From: Octopus vulgaris
Taxonomy: Eukaryota
DNA length: 64,000 nucleotides
Reading direction: 5' to 3'
Assembly: GCA_951406725.2 (NCBI GenBank)
Contig: OX597823.1
Coordinates: 47,244,001 to 47,308,000, forward strand
The notes under the pieces are model-generated. The model was not told the origin of the DNA and did no database searches. It saw only the letters and a list, made by a program, of their open reading frames with translations. A program made the position numbers and the translations under genes. This document shows positions 27,217 to 41,935 of the stretch, piece by piece; position 1 is the first letter of the stretch, and each line of letters begins with the position of its first letter.

Positions 27217-27709
27217 TGTATGCATGTATGAAGGGCTTCATTCCATCTCCTATTCTACCAAATTCACTCAGAAGTGTTTGACTAACACAGGTGCCGCGCA
27301 TTTTATATTATATTTTTATATTTTACATACATACATACAAACATAAATACATACAGACACACACAGAAACAAACAAAAACATACATACTTATATACATAC
27401 ATACTTGTATACATACATATACGCATGTATTTATATGTATATAATGTAAATACATAGAATATATATTTACATTATATATATACTCTCTCTTTACTCTTTT
27501 ACATGTTTCAGTCATTTGACTGCGGCCATGCTGGAGCACCGCCTTTAGTCGAGCAAATCGACCCCGGGACTTATTCTTTTGTAAGCCCAGTACTTATTCT
27601 ATCGGTCTCTTTTGCCGAACCGCTAAGTTATGTATATATAGATAGATAGATAGATAGATAGATATATACACATATATATATAAACATATAAATATCATAT
27701 ATACATATT

Positions 27710-27816
<107 letters not shown>

Positions 27817-27842
27817 CACACACACACACACACAAATATATA

Positions 27843-28625
27843 TAGGTGCAGGTGGCTGTGTGATAAGAAGCTGTCTTCGCAATTACGTGATTCTGGGTTC
27901 AATTCCATTGCGTGGCACCTTGGGTAAGTGTCTTCTCTTTATAGCCTCGGCCCGAGCAAAGCCTTGTGAGTGAATTTGGTAGACGGAAACTGAAAGAGGC
28001 TTGTTGCATATATATATATCTGTGTGTTTGTGTCTGTGTTGTCCCTCCACCATCGCTTGATAACCTATCTTGGTGTGTTTACGTCCCCATAACTTATCGG
28101 TTGAGAAAAAGAAAACGGTAGAATATGCGGCAGGCTTATATTCTTTTATTTTTTTCATTCTTTTCTTTTATTTGTTTTAGTCATTTGACTGCGGCCATGC
28201 TGGAGCACCGCCTTTAGCCGAGCAAATCGGCCCCAGGACCGCTAAGCGACGGGAACGTAAACACACCATCATCGGTTGTCAAGCGATATTGGGAGGACAA
28301 ACACAGACACGCAAACATATACATACACACACTAACACACTCACACAAACACACATATATACGACGAGCTTCTTTCAGTTTCCGTCTACCAAATCCACTC
28401 ACAAGGCTTTGGTCGGCCCGAGGCTATAGTAGAAGACACTTGCCCAAGGTGCCACGCAGTGGGACTGAATCTGGAACCATGTGGTTGGTAAGCAAGCTAC
28501 TTACCACCCAGCCACTTTTTCGCCTATAAAGAATAAGTCCAGGGGTCGATTTCTTCGACTAAAAGGCGGTGCTCCAGGATGGGCTACAGTCAGAATGACT
28601 GAAACAAGTAAAAGAATAAAAGAAT
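27843..28625 (+). mobile_element. SINE family A (+) interrupted by an antisense family A copy (about 28141-28525)
   Basis: The + copy stops at ...AGGCTTATA and resumes at AAAGAATAAGTCCAGGGGTCG after a near-complete minus-strand copy. Confidence 0.85.
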
Positions 28626-28656
<31 letters not shown>

Positions 28657-28799
28657 ACAACCATACAGGGACACCGCCTTGAATTTTTTCCAGCGAACTT
28701 TTTTGCCGAACCGGTAGGTTTCGGGGTGGATGAAACGCAGATAGAAAGACGCACAATATGTGTGTGTGTGTATGTGTGTGTGTATATAAGCCTAGTACT

Positions 28800-28834
<35 letters not shown>

Positions 28835-29193
28835 GTACTTATTTATGAGTGTGACTTTGTGACTACGTTTGTAACCCATTACCACTTGACAACTGGCGTT
28901 GGTGTGTTTACGTCCCCGTAACGTAGCGGTCCAGCAGAAGAGACTGCTAAAATAAGTACTAGGCTAAACGAAAAATAATCCTGGATCGATTTGTTCAACT
29001 AAAACCCCTCAAGGCGGTACTCCAGCATGGTCGCAGTCAAATGTCTGAAACAAGTAAAAGAATATATGTGTGGTAAGTAGCTTGCTTACCAACCACATGG
29101 TACCAGGTTCAGTCCCACTGCGTGGCACCTTGGGCCGACTAAAGCCTGGTGAGTGGATTTGGTAGACGGAAACTAAAAGAAGCCCGTCGTATA

Positions 29194-29289
<96 letters not shown>

Positions 29290-30003
29290 TGTCTTCTCCT
29301 TTTCTAACAAAATTGATAGGATTTGTGGAACTGCATTCCTTAAATTCACCATATATTGTATATAAGTACTACTTTCATATCTTCGCAAATTTACGGCAGT
29401 AAACTCCCAGCAAAGTTTGAAGAATCAACATCAGAAATCTTTTTTGGAAACCTCCAATTAAAGGACGAATCCTGTGTGTCTGTGTTTGCCTTCCCCGCCC
29501 CACCATCGCTTGAAAACCGATGCTGGTGTGTTTACGTCCCCGTAAATTAGCGGTTCGATAAAAGGCACCGATTAAAATAAGTTCTAGGGTCGATTTGTGC
29601 GACTAAAGCCGATGCTTCAACATGGCCGCAGTCAAATAACTGAAACAAAAGAATATATATATATACGACGGGCTTCTTTCAGTTTCCATCTACGAAATCC
29701 ATTAACAAGGATTTTGGTTGGCCCGAGGCTATAGTAGAAGACACTTAAATTTGCTTTGGTCATTTCACTATAGTCATACTGGAACATTGCCTTAAAGGGG
29801 TTTTAGTCGAAGAAAATCAGCTATGTAAGCCTAGTACGTATTCTATCGGTCTCTTTCGCCGAACTGCTAGCTTGTCAGTTTTCGTCTACCAAATTCACTC
29901 ACAGGGCTTTTGTCGGCCCGAGGCTATAGTATAAGTCACAAATCCCTAACATGCCACGCAGTGGGACTGAACCTGGAACCATGTGGTTGGGAAGCCGTAT
30001 GGT

Positions 30004-30046
<43 letters not shown>

Positions 30047-30131
30047 ATATATATATATTGGTACTTAGGTATATACTTATAAGCACTTTATACACGCATA
30101 TATGTGTGTGTTTGTGTGTGCGTAAGGAGAA

Positions 30132-30173
<42 letters not shown>

Positions 30174-30459
30174 TTAATAAAAAAGCATATATCAGGAAGA
30201 AGCACGCTCTAAAAATAGAGCAGTAATTATTACAAAATTTTATATAGAGTTACCCAAGGTTTCGCACCCTCAAAGCCAAACCTTGAGTAACTCTATATAT
30301 AAAATTCAGTTGTAATAACACACACACACACACACTTTCATTTTCCGTCTCTTAAATCCACTCACAAGGATTTGGCCGGCTTGCCCAAGATGGTACTCAA
30401 CGGATCTGAACCCGGAACCACGTCGTTAGGAAACAAATTCTTACTACCATAGCCTTGCT

Positions 30460-30912
30460 TTAAGAGTGTCGCGAGAGGCCTGGTTGGAGGGCCAACCTTC
30501 TGAGTTCTTTTTCAGGGTTCTTGGAAAAACTTTTCTATTCTAGACACAAGGCCCGAAATTTTGGGGGAGGGGGGAAAGTCGATTAGATTGACCTCAGTAC
30601 GCAACTGGTACTTAATTTATCGACCCCAAAAGGATAAAAGGCAAAGTCGACCTCGGCGGAATTTGAACTCAGAACGTAAAGACAGATGAAATACTGGTAA
30701 GCATTTCGCCCGGTGTGCTAACGATTCTGCCAGCTCATCGCCTAGGGCTTGGGAAAACTGAAGGACCGCTGCAATAAGGTATGCATTCACACACTTACTG
30801 CAGCGGTCCTTCAGTTGAAAAAGGGGAATGTGTTGAATAAAATCATAATTAACTGATCCTCTTGTATTTTCTTTTTACCCATAGTAAGGAACTTTTCAGG
30901 CTCCACCTCGTG
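30460..30912. mobile_element. Mariner-type MITE (family E) interrupted by a minus-strand family B SINE (about 30532-30743)
   Basis: MITE sequence on both sides. An imperfect duplication AGGGTTCTTGGAAAAACT / AGGGCTTGGGAAAACT flanks the SINE. Confidence 0.8.
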
Positions 30913-31173
30913 TATATATTGCTTTAGTCATTGGACTTAGACTATACTGGAGACCGCCTTGGAGGAGTTTTTGTCAAATAGATCGACCCCAGCATTTATC
31001 TTTTATGCTTGGTACGCTGCTAAGCTACACGCAGCAGTGTGCTGTGAAGGTTGCGGTCTCGGTTTCACTTCCACTGCATTGCAATTGGAGAAGTGAGTTC
31101 TTTTATAGACCTGAGCCGACCACAGCCTTACGATGGTTTTGGTAGATGGAAACTGAAAGAATCTCAATGTATA

Positions 31174-31206
<33 letters not shown>

Positions 31207-31446
31207 ATGCGTATTTGTGCGTGTTCCACTCACCAAGGTTCTGTAGCTTAGCAGTTTGGCAAAAAAAAAAAAATGAGCGATAGAATAATTACCAGATATA
31301 AGGATACCGCTGAGGTCGATTTGCCCGACTAAAGCCTTCGAGGTGGTGCTCCTGTATGGCCACAGTCCAAAGACTGAAGCATGAAAAAAAGAAAACCAAT
31401 GACAGCTGTCGAGTGTTGAGGTAGGGAACAAAAACACACACACACA

Positions 31447-31630
31447 CGAGGGGTACTGAAAAGCTCCGGCCTAAGCTTCTCAGTTCTTTTACAGGGCTTA
31501 GAGAAACTGAAGGACCACTGCAATAAGTGTGTGAATCTGAGTGAGGAATATGTTGAATAAAAAAACATAATTAACTGATTCGCCTTTATTTTCTTTTACC
31601 CAAAGACAGGAACATTTTACCACCTCCTCG
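31447..31630. mobile_element. Mariner-type MITE (family E)
   Basis: CGAGGGGTACTGAAAAG...CACCTCCTCG|TA ends, carrying a transposase C-terminal-like remnant (CNKCVNL..EYVE*). Confidence 0.8.
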
Positions 31631-32014
31631 TATATACATATACATATAATAAATGAAAAAAATACATCATAAATAAACGATAGATAAAAACGTAAATATA
31701 TACTGAGTGTACAACCGGACGGGAGGATAGACACAGAGGGTCCCTAATTCTTCGTCAGTTATCAAACGAAATGGAAATGACGGGTCCCTACACAATTTTC
31801 ATCAAGCAAGGTGATTTACAAAGCATTTGTCGGCCCATGGCCGACAGAGTGCCGCTCAGTGGGACTGAAGCAGAAATGGCACGGTTACAAAGCGAGCTTC
31901 TTAGTTACATAGCCACATACATACATACATACATACATACATACATACATACATACATACATACCACACACAAACATACACACACAAAAACCTACCTTTA
32001 TATACTTCCCACTG

Positions 32015-32101
<87 letters not shown>

Positions 32102-32144
32102 GTGTGTGTATAGATGTGTGTGTATATATATGTGAGTGTGTGTA

Positions 32145-32396
32145 TCTTTTATCTGTTTCAGTTATTAGACAGCGGCCATGCTGGGGCACCACCTCGAAGA
32201 ATTTTAGTCTAATGAGTCAACACCAGTACTTTGTTTCAAGTCTAGTACACATTCTATCGTCCATTTTGCCGAACCGTTTGTTTACAGGGATGTAAATACA
32301 CCAACACCGGTTGTCAAGCGGTGGAGGGTGACAGAGACACAAAAGCACACAGACACACACACACACACACGCAAATACACACAGACTGACAAATAA

Positions 32397-32490
<94 letters not shown>

Positions 32491-32640
32491 TATACGACGG
32501 GCTTCTTTCAGTTTTCGTCTACAAGATTTCGGTCGCATCGTGGCTATACTGGAAGCCACATACCGAAGGCACTATGCAGTGGGACCGAACTCAGAACCAT
32601 CTGTTTAGGAAGCTCTTACCACACAGCTACGCCTGCACCT
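32145..32640 (-). mobile_element. SINE family A copy with internal (GATA)n
   Basis: Reverse-complement family A halves either side of (CA)n and (TAGA)n. Confidence 0.8.
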
Positions 32641-32656
32641 GTAGAGCAACGTCTGC

Positions 32657-32691
<35 letters not shown>

Positions 32692-32694
<3 letters not shown>

Positions 32695-33340
32695 TCATCA
32701 TCATTTAGCGTCCGTTTTCCATGCTAGCATGGGTTGGACGGTTCAACTGGGGTCTGGGGAGCCCGAAGGCTGCACCAGGCCAGTCAGATCTGGCAGTGTT
32801 TCTACAGCTGGATGCCCTTCCTAACGCCAACCACTCCGAGAGTGTAGTGGGTGATTTTATGTGCCACCGACACAGGTGCCAGACGAGGCTGGCGAACGGC
32901 CACGCTCGGATGGTGTTTTTATGTGCCACCGACACAGGTGCCAGACGAGGCTGGCAGACGGCCACGCTCGGATGGTGTTTTTATGTGCCACCGACACAGG
33001 TGCCAGATGAGGCTGGCGGACGGCCACGATCGGATGGTGTTTGTTACGTCCCCAAAGCACGGAGGCCAGTCTATGCGGTACTGGCTACGGCCACGTTCGG
33101 ATGATTTTCTTGTGTGCCACCGGCACTGGTACCACAAAGATACAAATTCCATTGATGTTCATCTATTTTGATTTGTTTTGATTTGATTTGATTTGATTTT
33201 CACTTGCCTCAACAGGTCTTCACAAGTGTCACAAGAAGGAAGGTATGCACAGGTGGACTGACTACGTCCCAGGTAGGGGCCACGGGTTATGGCCTGACTA
33301 GTCTTGCCGGGTCTTCGGATGGTGTTTTTATGTGCCACCG
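32692..33340 (-). mobile_element. SINE/non-autonomous retroelement family D with (GAT)n tail, RTE-type 3' end inferred
   Basis: The minus strand ends ...CCGTCCAACCCATGCTAGCATGGAAAACGGACGCTAAATGATGATGATGAT. The same tail occurs at about 45275-45365, 54140-54200, 56695-56790 and 59220-59283. Confidence 0.75.
32855..33042. repeat. 62-bp minisatellite, 3 good units followed by degenerate units
   Basis: GTGCCACCGACACAGG starts at 32861, 32923 and 32985. Confidence 0.92.
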
Positions 33341-33495
33341 ATATATATATATATACATATGTATATTCATTACATATATATAAACACACACAATCACACA
33401 TACACACACCCATATATATATATATGTATGTATGTACGGTAGGCTTCCGTACTATTTCATTTACTAAATTCAACCAAATCACTATAATGATGCGA

Positions 33496-33571
<76 letters not shown>

Positions 33572-33944
33572 GTGTGTGTGTATCTGTATCGGAAGCCTGC
33601 TTCCCGATCAATTGGTTGTAGGTTCAATCCCAGGGCGTAACACCCGGGGCAAGTGCCTTTTACTATAGCCTCGGGTCGACCAAAGTCTTGTGAGTGGATT
33701 TGGTAGACGGAAACTGAAAGAAGCCCGTGTTATCTATATATTTATGTGTGTGTGTGTGCGTGTGTGTCTTTCAATCTGTGTTCGTCTCCCACCACTGCTT
33801 TGACGACCGGTGTTGGTGTATTTACGCTCCATTCCTAGCGGTTCAACAAAAGTGACCGATTGAATAAGTCCTAGGTTTTAAAAATAAGTATTGGGTAGAT
33901 TCATTTGACAAAATATTTTTCAAGCTGGTGCCCCAGCATGGCCG

Positions 33945-33989
<45 letters not shown>

Positions 33990-34336
33990 CCATGTACGCG
34001 CACGCTCATACATGCATTTACATATAAATGTATATACATACCTACATACATACATGCAAACATACATACACACATACATACATGCATATACATACATGCA
34101 TACATAAATGCATGCATATCTTCCAGCATACATATATACACACAAACATACATACATACACATACACGTACATACATACACATGTACATGCATGCATACA
34201 TACATACATACATACATGCATAGATAGATGCCTTCATATGAACTTGTATACATACACACATACATTCACATATACATACATGTATGCGTACATGCTTACC
34301 CACATACGTACATACATACATACATATATACATACA

Positions 34337-34370
<34 letters not shown>

Positions 34371-34823
34371 CATACATACATATATACATACATACATAGA
34401 TACATACATACATATATACATACACACATACATACATACATACATACATACATACATACATACATACATACATACATACATACATACATACATACATACG
34501 AACATCAATTTTGCCTTTAATCCCTACGGGGTCAGAAATAGACTACCTATTGATACTTCTTTATACGTGTGTGTGTGTGTGTGTGTGTGTGTGCTGGTGG
34601 AGTTCGCGGGTGTACATGTGCGCGCGCGCGTGAGTGTATATGATAAACAATTATGCAGTAAGAATTTTCGTCCCCACACTTCGTGGTTTACATATTTATT
34701 CCCACTGTATAGAATCTTGGTAAAGTGTCTGCTAGTTTATCTCTCCCCAGGTTGATCAAAGCCTTGTGAGTGGATTCGGTAGACGGACACTGAGCGAAGC
34801 CTGTCCGACATTATATCTATATA

Positions 34824-35041
34824 AGGCGGCGAGCTGGCAGAAACGTTAGCACGCCGGGCGAAAATGCTTAGCGATATTTCGTCTGTCTTTATGTTCTGAA
34901 TTCAAATTCCGCCGAGGTCGACTTTGACTTTCATCCTTTTGGGGTCGATAAATTAAGTACCAGTTGCGTACTGGAGTCGATCTAATCGACAGGTCCCCTG
35001 CCCCCAAAATTTCAGGCCTTGTGCTTAGAGTAGAAAGGAAT
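34824..35041 (+). mobile_element. SINE family B monomer with 14-bp TSD
   Basis: ATTATATCTATATA at 34810-34823 and 35042-35055. Head and central domain are intact. Confidence 0.9.
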
Positions 35042-35265
35042 ATTATATCTATATATGTACATGTGTGTGCGTATGGATGCGGGCGTGAGTGTATAAGGCA
35101 TGGCCGTGTGGTAAAGAAGTTTGCTTGTCAACCTTATAGTTTCACGTTCAGTCCCACAGTGTGCCACCTTGAGAGAGTGTCTTCTACTATAGCCCCAGGC
35201 AGGCCAAAGCCTCGTGAGTGAAAGAAGTCCGCTTGGTGTGTGTGCGTGCGTGTAAACTTTGTTCC

Positions 35266-35297
<32 letters not shown>

Positions 35298-36601
35298 TGT
35301 ATGTATGTATGCATGCATGTGTGTGTATGTATGTATGTATGTATGTATGTATGCATGGATGCATTTGTGTTTGTCTTTGTCGCCCCCAGTGCTTGTCAAC
35401 CGTTGTTGGTTTCTTTACGTCCTCACAATTTAGGGCTTTGGCAAAACTAACCGATACAATAAGTAACGGGTTTAGAAAAAAAAATAAAAATAAAAAATAA
35501 TTGTGGGGCGATTTATCGAACTTAAACCTTTCAAAGCGGTACCCCAGCATGGGCGTAGTTTAATGACTGAAGTGGGTGCCGTAGTTTAATGATTGAAGCG
35601 TGTTTGTGGAAGTTTGGAAAATGGTTGGGAATTTTCAGTGGGAAAAAAAAAAATGAGGACAGTAAAAAGGTAAAAGTGGGAGATCGAAGGATATGAAAAC
35701 AAGCAAATATTTTTCTTGTCGAAAATAAAATTTGTAAAAAATAATAACTAAAATAGAAAAACAAAAACAAAAAAGAAAAAGTTCTGCGTGGAAATTTCAG
35801 AAAAAATTTTTAAAATTTTTTTAGTAGAAAACTGCGATGTATATATATATATGTCGACGTTGACGTTATTTTTTTTTTTTACTTTTTATTTCATTGTTTT
35901 ATTTTGTTTTTGTACGGGTATGTTTAAACGGGTGTCAACGGAATCTATTTACATTTTGAATATTTATTTTTGAAACCAAGGTAAAGGGTAGAACAACTTT
36001 TGAATCTGATACCATCTCGGAATTATGGAGTCTGTTGGCACGTCTGCTGATGTGTGCGTGTGTGAGGATGTATATGTGTGTGTGTGTGTGTGTAAGTGCG
36101 CGTGCTTGTTTGTTAGTTGAACCTCTGTAAGTGTATGAATACGTATGCGTGTGAATATGTGTGCGTATATATGTGTGTATCTGTGTGTTTGTTGTTGGTG
36201 TTCTATGAGTGTGTGAGAAGTACGTGCTTCGTGTTTGTGTGTGCGCGAGTATGATGCACGTTTGCTGTATAAAGCTGTATTTATCTTGTCTCTGTATAGG
36301 TATTTATCCTCCTGTAAGGGTGTTCGTATGTTCCAATGTATGTATGAATGCACGCCACTGTGTGTGTGAGTGGGTATAATTAATGAGGGAATATATATAA
36401 ATATATATATATATATAAGCACCTATACAAATATTCACGTATATATATATATATAGATATATATACATACATAAACACACATAAATATATTTATGTAAAT
36501 ACACGCTTATGTCTATATGTATATTCATATATATATATGGATGTATGTTTATACACACTTACATATATAGAAGAGAGAGAGAGGGAGATAGATAGATAGA
36601 T

Positions 36602-36642
<41 letters not shown>

Positions 36643-37757
36643 AGAGAAAGAAAAGGTCTGGCCCTTAGTATTCCTCTTCTACTATCTTTCTCGCAAATGT
36701 TGACTTACAAAAGGTTCAAGAGGAACAGGAACGGCATCAACTTGAACGGTCACGGAGAGCTTGCAAAGGGCATTGGCACCGTTGCCCTTCTTGTATACCC
36801 AGAAAGGAAAGTGAACAAATATATATATATATATATATATACATATTCACACACACACACACATATGTTTATACACACACACACGTAATAGCTGCTAGAG
36901 GCTTCCTATTGCCTAACCGGGCATTTGGCCAATTTAGCTGATAAGGGAAGAAAGACTTGGAGGCGAACAGAATATTGAATCTCCGGTTGTATAACACTGG
37001 TAACTATTAGATTTGTTTTTCTGCTTCTGCTTCTACCGTCACGTTAGGTATGAAAATATAAATTTTAAAGGGAAGTATACTGAAATTTGAGTCGAAAAGC
37101 AGCTCTCAGCGAAGAAACTAGTTCAGACTCGAACCCATCTCTTTCGCATTTCCGTCAGACGCTTAGACGTAGAAAATATATGCGCCCACCTGTATGCGTG
37201 TGTGAGCAAGCAATTTTGGTAATATAGTAATTTCGGATGTGTATACCCGTCTTTATTAATGGATGTATTTGCGTCAACGCTAATGGATAGATTATATTCA
37301 TTATGAAAGGTATTATGGCAGTGCCAACTTGTTATTTTAGCGATATGTATGACCAAATTAGCTATTTGTTTCAGAGTCGTAATTAAGGCGATTCAGCTTG
37401 CATTGAGAGAACATTTGGCTGTTATTTCTTGTAGGTCACAAGACCACATGTGGTCTGCGTATGAGAAAAGAATGCCAAATTTTCGAAAAATAATTCTATT
37501 ACTTCTCAGAATAAGTGAAAACTTTTGTACTTTCATCGGAAGTGTATGTATACAAAGACTCACAAATGTGTGTGTGTGTGTGTATTCATGCGTACATACA
37601 AGCCCATCATATATATGACACTTCCTAAAGATATAACTCAGGAGTATCGAACCCAAGACCTCGTGATTGCGAAGCGAACTGCTTAACCGTACGGGCCATA
37701 TATGTATGTATGTGTACGTACGTACACACACACACACACACACGTATATGTGCGTGC

Positions 37758-37846
<89 letters not shown>

Positions 37847-40280
37847 GGGTGTGCGTGTGTATACACACACGCTAACCTACCTTTATTTATATTTAATACA
37901 AATACGTAAACGACAGTTACAGCCATAAAGTACTTGAATACAACAGTACAATTACAGAAGTAAGAATAAACAAACAGAAGTTTATTTCTTTCGGAGTTGA
38001 CGACTCTACGTGGTTACTCGAAACTATTAGAAACAGCAGCCAAATAAATCACTCTCAAATTACTCGCTCGTCTTTCAGAGACGAAATGACGAATTGGTTA
38101 ATATTTTATCACTAGATATATATCTGTAACGAAAAAAAAAAAAAACACGAAACAAAACGAAATAGACGTGAACAATAATCAGGGCCGTCTCGAGTCTGCT
38201 TACCTATAATTACAACTTGTTAAGCAAATAGCTTTTCGTTCCTCACCTCTAAGTTGATAAAAGTAAATATAGGTAAGTAAAATCACGACGGAGGAAATCC
38301 TTCAGGATGACATTTTTTAAAGAATAAATTCAGTCATGGTTTCAAATTTTGATACAATGCCAGCAATTTTGAGGGATTGCATCGACCTCCGTGTTCAACT
38401 GGTACGTTTTTTTATCGACCTCAACTGGATGAAAGGCAAAGTCGGCTTCGGCGGAATTTGAACCCCGAACGTAAAGCAGGTATATAAGATTAGCTCTGCA
38501 CATCAAATATTACTGCTAATTATTATATTACTTGCTCGTAAAAAAAAATAACAATTACGGAAAGAATCATATAACCAAACCAAAACAACTTTTGTGTGTG
38601 TGTGTGTGTGTAAAACACGAGGTTAAAAATTCACCAGAGAGAGGTGGGGTTGATTGGGAGGGGGGTGCTCGGTTGTCAGAATTGAACATCAATACTTGCC
38701 GGCTACTTATTTTATTCATTCTTGACTCTTCAAAGGGATTTAAAGATAACGTCGAAATGTGTGGAATTTGAACACAAGACCGGCTAAACGAAATATCCTT
38801 TCCGCCAAAAATCATTAACCGCTAATGCTTTTGTTTTAAATTATTTTCTTCTTTTAAACTAAAGAATTCAAAATAGAGAGAAAGAAACATGCTGTGACGT
38901 TCATCTATTTCTCGTCTGAAGGGAAATGCGGGGGGGGGGGGGGGGAAACATTCGTTCGTTCAGTCAATCATTTCATCCATCGTTCACTCATGATTGTATT
39001 AAATGGTTTTTAACCAGAAATCGAAACCGAGTTGCATGCATCTGACGGACGTTATAATACCGAATAATAAAACTACAAAATATCAGACACGAGAGATATT
39101 TTATGCAGCTGCTACTGGCAAAATAAATTCGCTGCTTGATTTATAACATTCATGTTAGTTATGAAGAGGCATGAACATTGCAACATCACATTTCCTTTAC
39201 TCTTCTAAACATCTGATACACTATTATATCGATAAATACGCACGCAACATGCACTCATACAAGCACTAACGCACACATAGATATACATATAAACACATAC
39301 AAAGTTATAATGTTGGTAAAGTTTATATTAAGCAGTTCACCAGATTACGCAGGCATGCACAAACAGACACACGCACGTGCATGTGTATCTATAACTATGT
39401 ATGGGTGCATACACTTAGACATGTGTATGTATAAATATGTGTGTGTGTGTGTGTGTGTGTAGCACCAGGTTAGGTTTCCCCTTCATTCATGCTATCCATG
39501 GTGTTGCTGCTCCCGAAGTCACGCGCTCTGTAGAAATGCACCCATCCATATCTAAGGATCGGGTTTATTTCATATACGAACCAGATACACTGTCAAGCTA
39601 GTACCCCATCCCCACCACACATGCACGCACGCACACACACACACACACACACATGCACATACACACACACACACACGTACACACATACACACATACCGGG
39701 TAAAATAAAGGCTTTGAAGTGAGCTAAATAGTTTATGTGTATGTGTGTGTATATATTTATAGAGAGAGAGACACATATATAATGCATAACTATACATGTA
39801 TAACTAAAATGCATATATATATATATAGCAATGTATAAGTGTGTGCATGTATGTATATGTATATACACACACATATACACATATATATATAATGCATAAA
39901 TATGCATGTACATATATATGTATGTATATATATGTGTGTGATACATATATGTATATGTGTATGCATATATGTATATATAGGTATGGATATATGTATATAC
40001 AGGTATACATATATACATACAGGTATATATATATATATAAATATAGCCATGTGTATATATGTGGCTATATATGTATATATCTATATAGAGAGAGATGTAT
40101 ATATACAGGAATATATAGATATGTTTATATGTAGATATCTATATATGTATATATGTGTGTTTGTATATCTATCTGTCTATCTATCTCTATGTATATACAT
40201 GTATTTATATGTAAGTACATATAAGTTTATATCTACATATATAACAGAAAAATCGGTCTGTCTGTCTGTCTGTCTCTCTG

Positions 40281-40336
<56 letters not shown>

Positions 40337-40597
40337 TGTATACATATATATATATATACATATATATATATATGTATATACGTGAATAGATATATGTTCA
40401 AGTATATGTAACTACCTATGTATACGTATTTATACTTATCTTTATACAGATATTTACCTATATATATGTATGTATGTATATATATATATATATATGTATC
40501 TATCTATCTATATATATATGTATCTATCTATCTATATATATAAATATATATATATATAAACGCATCAAGTAAATATAATTATATGTGCACTTATATA

Positions 40598-40682
<85 letters not shown>

Positions 40683-41528
40683 TTAGGTATATATATATAT
40701 ATATATAGGACCGCCTTTTGGCAACATTCTAGGCCCCAGGGTAAATCGATGTCCTTTCTTTTTGGGAAAAGAAATCACAACACCCATACATCGGAATGAC
40801 TGCGGACAATTGTCCAATATCCTTGCCTTTAGGCATACATACATACATAATACATACGTACATACATACATACATACATACATACATACATACATACATA
40901 CATACATACATGTGTGTGTGTGTATGCTTGTGTGTGCGTGTATGTGATGAACCTTCTAAAAATCAATAAAATATTATGACCGCCTGTTGCGTGTAAAAAA
41001 GGTTCAGGAACCTATATAATAACACTTCATGAATTTATAACAAATAACATTCAAAAAAATATATATATATTTTTGCAATTCAAAGCCAGATGTTTACCAA
41101 AGTAAATGGTAATAAGAATCGATTGTGGGGAAACGTCTGGGACTTCAATCGCTTAACATGTCTGGTTTCGAAGTCCGAGTTGACTTCGCTCGGATCTGAT
41201 CCTGCAGCGGCGAAACTAAAATCTTTGGAAAGCCCAACAGCACAGCACAACAGCCTTATTGTTTCTTAGACTTCATCAAGTAAAGCAATACACACACACA
41301 CGTGTGTGTGTGTGTGAGTGTATGTGTGTGTGTGTGTGTATGTATGTGTGTGTGTACTTCTTGAGGTTATCGGCACCTCTCACTCGCAACGTCTTCTTCC
41401 AAATGGAAAATTGCCTGTTTGTACGCCGAGAGGTATGAACCAGTTACGGGGAGAGCTTCAAGAATAATTAACAGATGTTATTGCCATAAATGAATGTAAT
41501 GACTCAGTCTTCGGCGACGCGACATTAC

Positions 41529-41568
<40 letters not shown>

Positions 41569-41701
41569 TTACACACACTCACGCCTCCAACACAAACATA
41601 CACACTGGAGCGAAAGATAGATATTGGCAGACATGGACGTGTGTAAACACCCACCCACACACATGTATATATGTATATACACACACTGCAATTTTGTATG
41701 C

Positions 41702-41759
<58 letters not shown>

Positions 41760-41866
41760 GTATATATGATGTATATATACATACGCTTATATGCACATAT
41801 ACGTGCAGATAAGTCTACATGTGCATTTGTCCATGTATGTCTGTATGTACGTATGTAATGTTTGTG

Positions 41867-41935
<69 letters not shown>

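Noticed and set aside
32855-33042. 62-bp repeats as a CRISPR array or tandem ribozyme
   Set aside because: No unique spacers, no cas genes and a eukaryotic context. CAGACGAG..CGAAC lacks the hammerhead core.
39489-39510. RE1/NRSE-like motif GCTATCCATGGTGTTG
   Set aside because: Several mismatches to the consensus and no reason to expect REST-type sites here, so probably chance.
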